A stretch of 62,882 bases of DNA from Eledone cirrhosa (Eukaryota): contig CAXHJY010000960.1 of NCBI GenBank assembly GCA_964016885.1, forward strand, positions 1 through 62,882, in the 5' to 3' direction. The notes beneath the pieces are model-generated. The model was not told the DNA's origin. It worked only from the letters and a program-made list of their open reading frames with translations, and made no database searches. Positions within the stretch are counted from its first letter, which is position 1. Each line of letters begins with the position of its first letter. Both the position numbers and the translations under genes were made by a program. Below, one piece after another: positions 43,709 to 58,300 of this stretch.

Positions 43709-43818
43709 ATTAACAATATTAATAAATGGAAAACATCTTTACAAAACCATATTCATTTTATTATACATAATTCAAGGGTACTAAAAGTTTAGTACGCTTT
43801 CGTCAGATGAAATATAAT

Positions 43819-44003
43819 TGTTTCTACTTTAGGCACAAGGCCAGCAATTACCCAGTACATTACTGGTACTTTATTTTATCGACCCCGTAAGGATGAAAAG
43901 CAAAGTTAACCTCGGCGAGATTTGAACTCAGACTGTAAAGGGACGTAACTCTGCTAGAAAGCATGGCGTCCAACCCTCTACCGATACTGCCAATTCACCG
44001 CCC
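43819..44003 (-). mobile_element. Full-length SINE inserted into a family D element
   Basis: TSD tcgtcagatgaaatataat at 43800-43818 and 44004-44022. Confidence 0.88.
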
Positions 44004-44150
44004 TCGTCAGATGAAATATAATATTTGGTGTTAAGATAGTGACATACCTTTGTGTGATCTTAATGGTATAAGCCCACTATATATATATACATGTATGTAT
44101 ATATATAATAGTAATAAACGAAAGATATATACTTTATATCATCTCTATTT

Positions 44151-44228
44151 ATTGTATTATATATATTTCGAAGATGTTAAGTTTTATGTATATAACATAA
44201 ACCAAAACATGTCCTCTTCGGACAAAAT
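44151..44228 (-). ncRNA. Hammerhead motif with a core substitution (CCGAAGA), probably inactive
   Basis: Minus: attttgt CCGAAGA ggacatgtt...aacatcttc GAAA tatata T A atacaat. Confidence 0.55.
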
Positions 44229-45053
44229 ACATATGAGGTATATAATTGTTTCATGATATGATGGTAGACAAACGAGGTGGACAGATCGGTGACCACCAAG
44301 CATATGACTAGAAAAAAACTCAACACATAGGAGGTTACGTGACTGCGAGAATAATTACAGTTGGTTTTATGCAGTATTCTTCTCCCCATATTTTTCATAT
44401 ATTTACCTAAACTGCGATTCTATGTTTCTCTCTTTCTCTCTTACTGCTCCCTCGTTCTCTCTGTTTCTCTTACTTTCTTTCGTCCCCTCTGTCATGTCAG
44501 TTAACACTTTCTCTCTACTGACCTCTTCCTCGCACTTCCACTCACTCACTCTCTGTTTCTCCCCTTCTCACTTCCTCCCGTTCGCTACGAATCCGATTTT
44601 CCTTCTTTCTCACATCAAATTCACAAGTGAAAGGTCTGTTTCTTACACGCTCATGAATTCACCCAGTTTATGCTGACCGAATAACCATGTTGCTTGTTTT
44701 TCTTTCCATCTTCGGTTAGCTTTCCCCTGTGTTGTTTACTTGTCTCACTCGCTTTACGCGTTTCACTTGTCCCAATAACTTATTTTAGTTATTGCTCGCA
44801 CCAACCTGAGGTATATGATTTTTAATGCGATGAAATACCAATGATCGTTGGCAAATCACTGATGAGGGACTAATTTTATAATATGTAATCCATGTGCAAC
44901 CATGCAGTATTCTTCTCCCCATATTTTTCATATATATATATAAACTAATATGTATGTGATGAAACACAGATACCAACACATCTGTATATATATTGCAAAG
45001 GGGGTATTTTCCTCCTTCGAGCTAATTCCATTGTAAAAGAATTCATTACCTTA

Positions 45054-45123
<70 letters not shown>

Positions 45124-45152
45124 CAAAAGATGGTTAAAAAAAGTTCCATGTA

Positions 45153-45212
45153 TTTTATTATGCGCATTTCAAAAACAAATATCATCAATATTTGCGTTCT
45201 CATCAGATAAAA
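45153..45212 (-). ncRNA. Type I hammerhead motif (family B variant)
   Basis: Minus: ttttat CTGATGA gaacgcaaatattgatgatatttgttttt GAAA tgcgca T A ataaaa. Confidence 0.78.
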
Positions 45213-45362
45213 TAAGGAGACATGATATGAAGCTTAAAAAACACTTGAGAGCAGTGAAGTGTTAAATCAACATATGAAAAATAAAATAAGATGGATATAC
45301 GAGATTGGGAAAAAAGTAGAGGTAGGGGGGAAGGAAAAGGTAAACATATATATATATATATG

Positions 45363-45459
<97 letters not shown>

Positions 45460-45461
45460 CC

Positions 45462-45530
45462 GATAAGGCAGCCCCTTATTACAACGACACTCTAGAAGTA
45501 AGTGGATTTAAGGAGAAGATCAGCTACAGC
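45462..45530 (+). pseudogene. Penelope-like RT thumb/linker fragment directly after (TA)n
   Basis: [22 protein letters not shown] resembles the PLE motif F..AAP.Y..AL..SG(Y/F)...L.Y. Confidence 0.55.
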
Positions 45531-45759
45531 CTAAGACCTACAGAACGCATACAGAGCGTATAATAAGGTGTAGTAAGTTTGAAATTTTAGATCATATTTC
45601 CTTTGTGCATATTAACTATAAGATAGTTGAATAAAATCGGAGTATCTAACCCTTTTGCAAAAAGCAAAACATTCTCTTAAACTCTTAAATTTTAATCTTA
45701 CTACATATTTTTTACATTCTAATAACATAGCTCAAATAAACATACGTATATATATATAT

Positions 45760-45808
<49 letters not shown>

Positions 45809-45825
45809 GAGAGAAAGAGAGGTAA

Positions 45826-45891
<66 letters not shown>

Positions 45892-46423
45892 TAGATAGAT
45901 ATGTGTCTGTACGTGACTGTTTTCCTACAACCATCAAAAATCTGCATTTAGCAGAACAAACATCTCCAAAAATTACGGAAGAACATGTATATATGTATAT
46001 ATATATGTATATATATATGTATGGGTGTATATATATATATATATATATATATAGTGGATGTTTTACGATGGAATCCATCGGAATTGATTGTAAGTAGTAC
46101 AATGCTACTAGACACACATTACCTATAGCTACTAAATAAGAAAATGCCAACCAAACTATTTTCTTATTGACCTGGTTTTTCTGTTTGACCTATATACATC
46201 CGCCTCTTCCGCTTTATCTCTTTACCCTTCCGCTTTCGTTTAAATATTTAAACGAAGTTCAACAGTGTGTGACTCCATATTCATTTACGTTCATTTACGA
46301 CTGCTTCTAGAAAATTACAACCTAACAAGCCGTGTCGTTGCTGATGTTTCTATCGTTGTTGTTGTTGGTGGTGGTGTTGTTTCTGTTAATGTTCTTGGTT
46401 GGGATGTTATTTCTGTTGTTGAT

Positions 46424-46455
<32 letters not shown>

Positions 46456-46544
46456 AGTTGTTTTCTTGTTGTTGTTACTTTTATTGTTATTAGTATAGTT
46501 CTTGGGCGGTTGTTTGGCAGAATCGGTAGAGCGTTGGACAGCGG

Positions 46545-46960
46545 TCTACTAAGCTAGTAAGTGGTTTATCCGGTATATCCTGGAGGAATCTATCCGGTGA
46601 AATTTGTCCAGTTTGAAATCTATGGAGTGATATTCTCCGTTGGTTTATTTTTGGTATATTCCTGTAGAAAACAGAACCAGTTTAGGTAGAATATTTCTGT
46701 TACAATATCTTGCGTGATGTAAGCTATATTTTTCTAGGGAAAACAAGAAATTGGCCCAAGCTTTAGGGGATTTTAACCTTGATGTTCACGTTGTTTAGTG
46801 AGTACAGGGCCTTGGTGTTATGGTCCCGTATCTTCTGGTGAAGACGTAGCGGCGCCATATTGATATACAGTGTTTTATGAGGGGGGGGGGGCTTTTAAGC
46901 CTGGAAGAACCCGCCCCTCTCTAGGGCCGTGTCCAACAGATTTCTTCCAGAAATTCCTCT
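46545..46960 (-). pseudogene. Decayed CR1/L2-like LINE 3' fragment
   Basis: Minus-strand frames give FKLDKF / FLQDIPDKPLTSL, similar to the FK..LD.FL..IPD.P terminus; many lesions. Confidence 0.4.
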
Positions 46961-47554
46961 CTTGGTGGGATTTAAACTCAGAGAGCCGGAACGAATACCA
47001 GAAACTACTCTATATGATGTTCTAACGACTCTGTCGATTCCCCGCCTTCACTGGCCGGTTATTTTCCTTACATTGCACATAACATAGGGAAGAATTAGAC
47101 TCAGAATTTTTTAAGACGATCCCAGTAATCAGAGCTTGCCATATTGTCATTAAATTCTTCCCTTTTTAATGGATTTTTTTTTTTTTTTTTCGTAAATGAC
47201 CTCTCGAGTATAATTTTCATAATAATTTCTGTGACATGAGGAAATCACAGAGGCGAACCGTATTCAAGATGAGACCAAGCCATAGCGGAGCATATAACGG
47301 GGACGATATCTTCGTTTCTGGATTAAAAAAGAACGAAGAACATATTTTTATTATTGGTGAATTGGCAGTATCGGTAGAGGATCGGACGCCATGATTTTCA
47401 GCAAAGAGTTACAGCCCTTTATGGTCTGAGTTCAAATCCTGCCGAGGTTAACTTTGCCTTTCATCCTTACGGGGTCGATAAAATAAAGTACCAGTAATAC
47501 ACTGGGATAATTGCTGGAATTGTGCCAAAAGTAGAAACAATTATTGATCTTAGC

Positions 47555-47720
47555 CAATCATGGGAAAACTGTGGCCCACGAGCCGCATGCGACCCGTTTG
47601 CCTTTCTGAATGATACGCCTAATTTCAAAATTGTCTTGACTTTTTTTATTAGTGCGGCCGGCCATTATGATGAGCCACATCCTATGCGGCCGATTACTTG
47701 ATAAAGGTTGACCATGCATG
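47555..47720. mobile_element. Decayed hAT-type MITE
   Basis: ggcccacgagccgcatgcgaccc subterminal motif; degenerate TSD atcttagc/gtctaagc. Confidence 0.45.
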
Positions 47721-48380
47721 GTCTAAGCACTCAAGCTTACGTTCTTCTCGATCGTAACACTTAAGTATGATATATGTGACAGCACAAAATATGTGAGTGT
47801 TTGTGCATATGTCTATGTATGTGCGTGTGTGCATGAGTGTGTATGTGTATGTGTGTGTGTGGGTGGGTGTGGGTGCGGATGGGTGTGGGTGTGGGTGGGT
47901 GTGCATGTGGGTGTGGGTGTGTGTGTGTGCATGCGACTGTGATGTACGTGTGTGTATACATATACATTTATATATGAATGTATGTATATTCGATGCTGAA
48001 GTTTCAATGGCGCCATACAAGTCATCAGTTACAATTCCTCCCTCACACACTTTCTCTCTTTCTCTCTCTCACACATACATACACATTCCCTTTCTCTCTC
48101 TCTCTCTTTCTCTCTCCCTTTCTCTCTCAGTCTCTCCCTCTCTCTCTCTCTCTCACACATTCCCTTTCGTTCTCTTTATATCTCTACTATCTCTCTCAAT
48201 ATTTATCCCTCTCTCTCGCTCTCTATCTATCTATCTATCCATCTATCTCGTAAAATCCCCGGCATGTGTCTTTGTATTGTCCCCTTTTCTTGTGCGCCCT
48301 TGTGGCAAATAAAGAAATATATCTATCTCTCAATCTATCTATCAATCTATTTATCTATTATCCATCTATTTATCCATTCT

Positions 48381-49250
48381 ATAGAGGATTAGTACTTTAC
48401 AAGTGCGACGACGTGCTCGGGGGAGACTCTAGGCGTCGAAGACGACGAGCTCACCAGTCTGTTCGTTAGGACTTTCCACCCGGGTCCTATCGACAACTTC
48501 CAGAGGTCCCTGGTCTGGCAGTGCTACCGAGGAGCTCTACCCGTTCGAGATAAGATCTACAGGCACGGACGCCCGGCAGGGATCCTTTCAAGAAGACGTG
48601 TCCAAGATGCGAGCAGGACATTGAAACCGTATTGCACAAAATTGTACACTGCCCGGGCGTAACCGACCTGTGGAACTATGCGGAACAACTGCTGTCGCGT
48701 ATGGGACAAATCCAGTTGACTGCATAGTCCATAGTAAGGATCAAACCGCCAGCCTCTTTCAAAAACGAAAGAGAGGCGGTTTTCCTCTGTACGGTGGCTA
48801 TGCTGAAAGAGGTTATATGGTGGACGAGATTGAGAGGACTTAGGACAGATGCCTTTCTCTCCGGACAACAATTGATTCCCTTCTTTAAGTATCACTTTAG
48901 AAGGAGAATCAGAGTGGAGAGAGAGGTACTGCACCCCAGTAAATTTACTGAAAGGTGGGTGAATGAAGCGAAAATGGCCCGAGTGATTGGGCCTACTCTG
49001 TATATAAACCTGTAGGTTAAAGAAGAGAGCAAAAGGAAGAAGGGAGCACTTGCACAACAGGCTCCTGAAGTTGAGGGTTGTTCTATCGACGGGGTATTAA
49101 ACAACCCATTTGTGGCGCCTCCCCCCTATTGGGGATTTCGATTGTTATAATTGTTTGTTTCAGATTTTTACACGATTGTATGTAAAATCCTCGACATGTG
49201 TCTTTATTTTGTCCCCTTTTCGTGTGCGCCCTTGTGGCTAATAAAGAAAT
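48381..49250 (+). mobile_element. Decayed 3' fragment of a related Tx1-like LINE in (TATC)n
   Basis: Translates MAMLKEVIWWTRLRGLRTDAFLSGQQL...GPTLYINL, matching the ORF2 C-terminus; ends ttgtggctaataaagaaat+(tatc)n. Confidence 0.85.
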
Positions 49251-49280
49251 ATATCTATTTATCTAGCTATCCATCTATTC

Positions 49281-49317
<37 letters not shown>

Positions 49318-49325
49318 GCTACCCA

Positions 49326-49710
49326 TCTGATTCTTTTTTTCAAATACCACTTTGGAAGAAGAATCAGGATGGAGAGAGAGGTGCTGTACCCCAGCAAGTT
49401 TTATGAAAGGTGGGTGAAAGTGGCGAGAATGGCCCGAGTGAATGGGCCTTCTCTCTATATCAGCCTGTAGGTTGAGGAAAAGGAGGAGGAGAGGAAAGGA
49501 GTACAAGCTCTTCGTACTCCTGGAGATGAGGGTTGCACATTTTTTTCGGGGGTATGTGTTACCCATATAAACTGTCTCCCTCTATTGGGGAAAATCGACT
49601 AACTTTTAAATTCCATCTGTGATAACATTTTACACGTTTTTATTGTATGTAAACTTCCCCCTTTGTATTTGTCCCCTTCTTTTGTGCCCCTGTGGCTAAT
49701 AAAGAAACAT
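49326..49710 (+). mobile_element. Further truncated Tx1-like 3' fragment in (TATC)n; small remnants also at 48251-48320 and 49792-49810
   Basis: Matches ORF2 end (gaatcaggatggagagagaggtgctg...gcccgagtgaatgggccttctct) and the 3' terminus tgtggc(t/a)aataaagaaa. Confidence 0.8.
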
Positions 49711-50335
49711 ATCTATCTAGCTACCCATCTATTCATCTATCTATCTATCTATCTATCTAGCTATCCATCTATTCATCTATCTATCTCTCTCTGTGGCAAA
49801 TAAAGAAAGATATCTACCCATCTATTTATCTACCTATCTATCTATCTATTTATCTACCTATCTACCCATCTATTTATCTACCTATCTACCCATCTATTTA
49901 TCTACCTATCTACCCATCTATTTATCTACCTATCTATCTATCTATTTATTATACTTATCTATCCATCTATTTATCTACCTATCTACCCATCTATTTATCT
50001 ACCTATCTATCCATCTATTTATCTACCTATCTACCCATCTATTTATCTACCTATCTATCTATCTATCTATTTATCTACTTATCTATCTATATCTCACTCT
50101 GCATTGATATTCTCGTCTCTGATATTGTCACAAGTCAATCAGATTGAACCAGTCACCTTTCCTATTTACTGATGCTGACGTCACATTACCAAGGCCCGGT
50201 AATTAGGATTAATGTCATGAATTATAAATGTGGCGTTGCATTTCTAAATACCGATTGCCGGGCACGTTTTATCGTTGGATTCATCTGATACATAGCAATA
50301 CACAACATATATATACATATATACATATATACATA

Positions 50336-50375
<40 letters not shown>

Positions 50376-50388
50376 ACACACACATATG

Positions 50389-50419
<31 letters not shown>

Positions 50420-50443
50420 ATGTATATATATTATATAAATATG

Positions 50444-50489
<46 letters not shown>

Positions 50490-50526
50490 CTATATATATA
50501 TTTATGTATATATCGATTTAAACCCT

Positions 50527-50559
<33 letters not shown>

Positions 50560-50771
50560 ATATATAGACAGATAGGTGAATAGATAGATAAATAAATAGA
50601 TATGTGTGTGTGTGTGTGTGTGTGCGTGTGTGTGTGTGTGTGCATACATATACACACATGCACACACACACACATAGTATAAAAGTATATACATATAAAT
50701 CTATACAAACATACATATATATATATATATGTGTGGGTGTATGTATATATATATATATCTATATATCTATA

Positions 50772-50806
<35 letters not shown>

Positions 50807-50869
50807 GTATGTATATATATATATATGTATGTATATATATACGCATATGTATGTGTGTGTATATATATA

Positions 50870-50911
<42 letters not shown>

Positions 50912-51249
50912 TATATAATTATGTATATATATACAGACACATATATATACATATACATATGTGTGTGTGTATATATACATATATATGTGTGTGTGTGTAT
51001 ATATACATACAATACATATATATGTCAGGAGAAGTTTAATTATATAAGCTATATTAATATAGACATACAACAGGAAATTAAGCAGTTGATGATGATATCT
51101 TCATTAAAACAACATAACATGATTCCTGCCCACCACAACACAACACTAACAGAAGATACTTCCAAGAGAACAAGCCTACGTCTGCCAACACACTACCACT
51201 CAACCTGCTAGAAATAGCAACCAAATTTCTCACGTATCGTATAGTTTGA

Positions 51250-51381
<132 letters not shown>

Positions 51382-51419
51382 AGTTTATGAAATGGAAATG
51401 CGGGTATACAGAATTTATT

Positions 51420-51536
51420 AGGTAACAATTGTTTCTATAGTGTATGGGTTACCTATACCTCGCTATTTGAATAATATAAAAATATTATCATAAACCGAAG
51501 GTACACTGTAAGTAAACACACCATGTCGTCAGACCT
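51420..51536 (-). ncRNA. Type I hammerhead motif (family M)
   Basis: Reverse complement of 51571-51687. Confidence 0.72.
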
Positions 51537-51570
51537 TTGTATTGGAATTTTGTATTTGATTCCAATACAA

Positions 51571-51687
51571 AGGTCTGACGACATGGTGTGTTTACTTACA
51601 GTGTACCTTCGGTTTATGATAATATTTTTATATTATTCAAATAGCGAGGTATAGGTAACCCATACACTATAGAAACAATTGTTACCT
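51571..51687 (+). ncRNA. Type I hammerhead motif with about 90 nt stem II domain, stem III ACAATTGT
   Basis: aggt CTGACGA catggtgtgt...catacactata GAAA caattg T T acct. Confidence 0.75.
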
Positions 51688-51841
51688 AATAAATTCTTTA
51701 TACCCGCATTTCTATTTCATAAACTTCTTCTCCATATTTTCTCCTGATTTTAAAACACACTTTATTATACGTTGAGCAATCTCTGACGTCGGTTGACTCC
51801 ATCCAATGCAACTACTTAGTAACATTGGAATACAAATTTAC

Positions 51842-51913
<72 letters not shown>

Positions 51914-52041
51914 AAAGTTCTATTTAAAATTGTTGGGATAGAACAAGTAAATATTTTTATAACTGATATAAAGCACTCGACAAGTATTTGGAGTAGATAT
52001 ACGATATTAATAAATGGAAACTATATTTATAAAACCATATC

Positions 52042-52106
52042 TATTTCATTATACATATTTCAGGGATACCAAATTAAATTATGGTATGCCTTCATCAGAC
52101 AAAATA
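52042..52106 (-). ncRNA. Type I hammerhead motif (family D)
   Basis: Reverse complement of 52211-52275. Confidence 0.78.
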
Positions 52107-52210
52107 CAATATATAACAGTTTTACAAATAAGCTTTGACGTACCCTTTTAAAATGCAACCATTATTTTTGGAAGCCATCTGGAAGCCATCTGTAAAACTG
52201 TTATATATTG

Positions 52211-52275
52211 TATTTTGTCTGATGAAGGCATACCATAATTTAATTTGGTATCCCTGAAATATGTATAATGAAATA
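52211..52275 (+). ncRNA. Type I hammerhead motif (family D)
   Basis: tattttgt CTGATGA aggcatacca...tggtatccct GAAA tatgta T A atgaaata; predicted cleavage after 52267. Confidence 0.8.
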
Positions 52276-53264
52276 GATATGGTTTTATAAATATAGTTTC
52301 CATTTATTAATATCGTATATATATATATATATAGTAATAATAATTGTTTCTACTTTTGGCACAAGACCAGCAATTATCCAGTACATTACTGGTACTTTAT
52401 TTCATCGACCCCGTAAGGATGAAAGGCAAAGTCAACCTCGGCGGGATTTGAACTCAGATCGTAAAGGGATGTAACTATGCTGGAAAGCATGTCTGACCCT
52501 CTACCGAAACTGCCAATTCACCAGTAATAATTGTTTCTACTTTTGGCACAAGGGCAGTAAAATACCCAGTGCATTACTGGTACTTTATTTTATCGACCCC
52601 GTAATGATGAAAGGCAAAGTTAACCTCGGCGGGATTTGACCAGGAATAATAATAAATGTGAAGACTAAAATCCGAAGAGGGCTTGATAGGGATAATATAT
52701 ATATATATATATGAGGGTGTTAAAGTTTGCTTGAAGCATTGTGAAATGTGTAAAATACGTAGTTTAGAAAGCCATAACAATGCAGATGGGAAATCTCGAG
52801 GTAGGAAGTGAATGATAGATAGGAGAAATAGGAGAAAGTGAAAATTGAGAGAGACAAAGATGAAAACAAAACAAAGGTAGAAGGGTTACCGTAGTGGAGA
52901 TTTAATCCCAATATTTCGGGCTCATGCCCATCAACGGGGGAAAGTTCCAAAAGGGGGGGAACAGGCTAAGCCGGAGAAAGTTGTGATGTCGTTAAAACAG
53001 GATATAGATCTGTTGAATATGCATGCCAATTCTAACACATATATATCCTAGAAACGATCGTTAAATAATGAACTTTTTTTGTTTAATATAAGGAACTGTT
53101 TCATTGTTTTATTCATTATTTTTTTAATATTTTATCTTGACTCTGTATTTCGTTTATCTTTCACCGAAAGTGATTTTTCATTGCATCTCTTCTTTCCATG
53201 ATATCCGGATTACATTGAGTTCTTCATACGGATTGGACACTACCGTAAACTCTTGGTAGATTTA

Positions 53265-53351
<87 letters not shown>

Positions 53352-53457
53352 TATGTATATATATATATATATATATCAAAATATATAAAACCAGAGAGCA
53401 AATATTTATTGAAATAACAGATTAAAGTTTAAGCAAAGGATCGCTGCTTTCACCCTA

Positions 53458-53564
53458 GTACTACTACTACTACAACAACTACAACTACTACAACAACTAC
53501 TACTACTACTACAACTACTACTACTACAACAACTACTACTACTACAACTGCTACTACTACAACA

Positions 53565-53596
<32 letters not shown>

Positions 53597-53653
53597 AACA
53601 ACTACTACAACTACTACTACTATTACTACTACAACTACTACTACTACTACTAC

Positions 53654-53686
<33 letters not shown>

Positions 53687-54005
53687 AACAACTACTACTA
53701 CAACTACTACTACTACAACTGCTACTACTACTAATACTACTTCTACTACTACTACAACTACTACTACTACTACAACAACTACTACTACAACTACTACTAC
53801 TACTACTACAACTACTACTACAACACCAACTACTACTACTACTACAACTACTACTACTACTACTACAACACCAACTACTACTACTACTACTACTACTACA
53901 ACTACTACTACTACTACAACTACTACAACAACAACTACAACAACTACTACTACAAAAACTACTACTACTACAACAACTACTAATACAACACCAACTACTA
54001 CTACA

Positions 54006-54037
<32 letters not shown>

Positions 54038-54077
54038 AACTACTACAACAACAACTACTACTACTACTACTACTACA

Positions 54078-54113
<36 letters not shown>

Positions 54114-54296
54114 GCTACTACTACTACAACAACAACTACTACTACAACTACTACTACAACAACTACTACAACAACAACTACTACTACTACTACTACAACT
54201 TCTACTACTACTACTACTACTACAACAACTACTACTACTACTACAACAACAACTACTTCTACTACTACTACTACTATTACTACTACTACTACAACA

Positions 54297-54330
<34 letters not shown>

Positions 54331-54385
54331 TTACTACTACTACTACAACAACTACTACTACAACAACTACTACTACTACTACTAT
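53458..54385. repeat. (TAC/AAC)n trinucleotide satellite
   Basis: Direct reading; explains the poly-V and poly-S ORFs. Confidence 0.95.
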
Positions 54386-54988
54386 AACGAAAGGAAGAAA
54401 GACTTCTTTTGAAGTCATTACGAAATTTAAAGAAGGCGACACACTTCCTCCTTACCTCCCCTTCCCACTTACCTACAACAACAACAACAACAACAACAAC
54501 AACCACAACAACAACAACAACGTGAAAGAGAAGAAGAAGAAGAAGAAGAAGAAGAAGAAGAAGAAGAAGAAGAAGAAGAAGAAGGTGCAGGAGGGGGAGC
54601 AGGAGGCGGAGGAGGGCGAGGGCTGGATGGATGAATGTTGGAAGAAGGAGGAGGAGGATGTAGACGGAGGAGGAGGAGGAGAGGAAGGGGGTTTAAATTG
54701 AATATTAAAAGTATTATTTAAAAAGTTATTTAAGCAAGGTGTCAGTCTAATTGAGTGTAAGAGTGAGAGCGTGATGTGATGTATTATATATCAGCTACTT
54801 ACCTTACATGGTGTAGTGTTGTTGTGGAAGGGAGACAGTGAGAGAGAGAGAACCGACGGATGAGAGAGAAGAGGGCTGGCGTACGTGAATGGCTGGGTGG
54901 GTGGGGTTAGTGAGAAGTTGAGTGGGACGGCAAGGTGAGGGGGGGGGGGTCATATACAGTATATCAAGACGGTACTAGATAGATAGAT

Positions 54989-55019
<31 letters not shown>

Positions 55020-55020
55020 G

Positions 55021-55065
<45 letters not shown>

Positions 55066-55328
55066 GTTTCTTTTATTTGCCACTAGGGCATCAAAAGTGG
55101 GACAAGTACAAAGGGGGGAGTTTACACAAAAAGGCGTCCTCAATAAGGAGGAGGCAATAACAAAATATAAAAATAAAATAAGATATAACAAAAAATAAAA
55201 TTTTTAACAAAATCCTCAATAGAGAGGAGGCGCCTTGGGGGGTCGCACACACCCCCGAAAAAAGTGTGCAACCCTTTTCCTCAGGAGCACAGAGAGGGGG
55301 TGCTCCCTCGTTCCTTCCTCTTTTCCAC

Positions 55329-58300
55329 CTACAGGCTTATGTAAAGAGAAGGCCCATTCACACGGGCCATTCTCGCCACTTTCACCCACCTTTCATAAAA
55401 ACGACTGGGGTGCAGCACCTCTCTCTCCATCCTGATCCTTCTTCCGAAATGATATCGGAAGAAACGGACCAGTTGTTGGCCAGAGAGAAAGGCGCCCGAC
55501 CTCAGTCCTTTCAGACGCGTCCACCATACAACCTCTTTCGCCATGGCTATTACGCACAGAAACACCGCCTCTGCTTCATCTTTGAAGGGGGGAGGCGGCT
55601 TGATCATTACAATAGACTCGGTGGTCAACCGGATCGGTCCCACCCTTGACAGCAGTTGTTCGACATAGCCCCACAGATCGGCTACGCCCGAGCAGTGTAC
55701 CAATGCGTGTGCAACGGTTTCCTCGTCGCACACGCATCTGGGACAGATCTTTTTGGCGGGGTCCCTACCCGGGCGCCCGTGTCTGTAGAGCCTTTCTCGA
55801 ACGGGTAAAGCCCCTCGGTAGCACTGCCAGGCCAGGGACTTCTGGAAGTTGTCCATAGGTCCCGGGCTGAATGTCCTACCGAACAGGCTGGCCAGTTCGT
55901 CCTCCTCCATGTCTAGGGCTTCTCCGAGGGCGTCGTCGCACCTGCTGCGTACCAGCCCTCTATAGAATGTTGCGGTGGAGTCTCCACTGATAACCGGATC
56001 CGCCTGCCAGAGGGCGGTGAGCGCCTGGGCACACTCAGTGTGCCAGGCGCCCAGTTTTCTCGGTCTCTGCTTGACCCAGGATTGTAGTTCGGTGAGTGAG
56101 ACGAGTCTGGGAAAGGTTCGTCTCACAAACGGGGCCCACACCGGTTGTCTGGTGAGGAATACGTAGAGGTGCCGTAGCCTTAATGCGTGTTTACGCATCA
56201 TTAGCCACGGCATCCCCAGCCCTCCTTTCGAAGGGTGTTGACAGCAGATGGATCTCCTCACCATAGGAGCCCGCCCCTTCCAAAGGAATTGGAAGAGCGC
56301 GCGCTCCATCTTGGTGAGGGTTTCCCTTGGGCAGGGCACTACGGTCAGGCGGTAGTAGATGACGGACGCTATATAAGTGTTCGCCACCTCCGCCCGACCT
56401 TTCAGGGATAGTTTGCAACTGGCCCACTTCTGGGTCAGTGCAAACACCCTGTTCGTAACCTCCGCCCAGTTTTTCTCCACCTGGAGGTCCGGTCCGAACC
56501 AGACCCCGAGCAACTTCACCGGGCCCTCCGTCCAGCGTCCGACGACGCCATCGGAGGGCATCGGTCTGCCCCTCCACGTGCCGAGTTGCAAACCGATCGA
56601 CTTGTCCCGGTTCAGCTTAGCCCCTGTGAACTTTTCGTACTCCTCCAGTAAGGTGCCGACCGCCTCGATTTCGGAGGCCGTCGACACCATTACTGTCACA
56701 TCATCGGCGTAGGCTGACACCGCTTTCCGCAATCCCGGTTCCAAAGGGATGCCCTGCAACAACTCCAACTTCCGCAGTAGTGGCTCGAGAGTCAACACAT
56801 ACAGAAGGGAGGAGAGAGGGCACCCTTGTCGGATGGACCGCGCGATTTTGAACGGCTCCGAGAGGTAGCCGTTCACCTTGACCCTAGAGCAGATGCGGCT
56901 GCTGTGCATAGCAGTGATCCAGCCCCTGAAAACGGGTCCGAAGCCTGCCGCCGCTAGCACCGCATCCAGGTAACCATGGTCGACCCTATCGAACGCCTTA
57001 GATTGATCCAAGTTGATCAGAGCCCCACCAAAGCCGGGTTCGTTCCCAACCCTCTCTATGATGTATCGCATGAGGTGGAGGTTGTCATGGATGGACCTGG
57101 ACGGGATAGCGCATGTCTGCGCATCTCCCACCAGGTTGCCCACGACAAGCGCCAACCTCTTTGCTAGCACCTTGGCCAAAATCTGTAACTCTGTATTTAG
57201 CAGAGTTATGGGCCTGAAGTTACTTATTTCGTCCCCCTTGTTCTCGTCCTTCCTCACTAGCGTGACTACGCCCTTGGTCACAGTACAGGGAATTCTCCCG
57301 TTCTGTTGCCAGTTGCAGTAGACCGCCTCGAGGAGATCGGGGAACAAGTCCGGCATAGCTAGATATAATTCGTAAGGAAGACCATCGAGACCCGGGGATT
57401 TGCGTTTGCCGCATTGGCCCAGCACGTCCTCTATCTCAGCGGCCGAAATCGGCTCCTCGCAAGACTTCGCCTCCCTGTCCGAGAGGCGCGGCAGGCCGTC
57501 GAGGTATGGACCGAAGTCCACGTTTCCAACCGGCTCCCCGCCCCTCCCGAACAGTCGGGCAAAGTGCCTTTGAAAGGCCTCACACATCTGCTTAGGCTCA
57601 AGAATCGCCCGTCCATCCAGGTCTCGCAAAGACCGGATGGTGGATTTAGTTCCACTGTTGGCCTCTGTCACGCGGGCCCAGCTAACAGCTTTGGCCCCCT
57701 CGTTCCCTAGAGCACGTATTTTACTTCGGACAACGCAGCCTTCGTGCTTCGCGTCGAAAAACTGGCTCAAAGCCGTTCTCGACGCTAGCACTCTGGCCAC
57801 GTCGCCGCTTCTAATTGCCTCTTCTACTCTATCTATTAGCTCCCTTTCCTTCCTATTCCTATCCGCAGCTAGAACCTTACTAAATTCAATCGAGACTACT
57901 CTAATCTCTCTCTTTAGAGATACCCACCACCTGCTGTTGACGATCGCTCCAGTCAACCGTTCCTTAACTAACGTACTAATCCGATTCCTGTAGGCTCTAC
58001 TTGCCGGCAAGGACAAGTTGAGCTTCCAGTAACCGGGGCCCTGTCTATGCGTTCTATCAAGGTTGACCATGCAGGTCACCAACTTGTGGTCTGAATAGCC
58101 AACCATGAGCATTTCTGGACAACTTAAAAAGTCCCTGTCCTTATTTCTAACTAAAAATCTATCTAGGTACGATCTAGATGATCCGCTGCGATTTGACCAA
58201 GACCAGGTTGGCACCGTCGGAAAATCTAGTCGAAATCTATCGGCCAGGTCAAATCGGCCGAGTAACCCCTTGAGGCTGTTGCACCCCTCTCTATCGGGAC

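Larger units (their letters stand above)
51911..52320 (-). mobile_element. Family D: tail (51911-51996) plus inverted repeat (51997-52320) with two hammerheads
   Basis: About 130 bp arms around a spacer of about 63 nt containing ggaagccatct x2; relatives at 331-465, 38950-39060, 43712-43818. Confidence 0.85.

Noticed and set aside
43755-43815. Family D hammerhead as an intact ribozyme
   Set aside because: Core reads GAAT instead of GAAA and a SINE is inserted beside it; counted as decayed.
52905-52945. Minus-strand ttgatg-ggcatgagccc-gaaatattggga as a minimal hammerhead
   Set aside because: The CUGANGA core is broken at two positions; not supportable.
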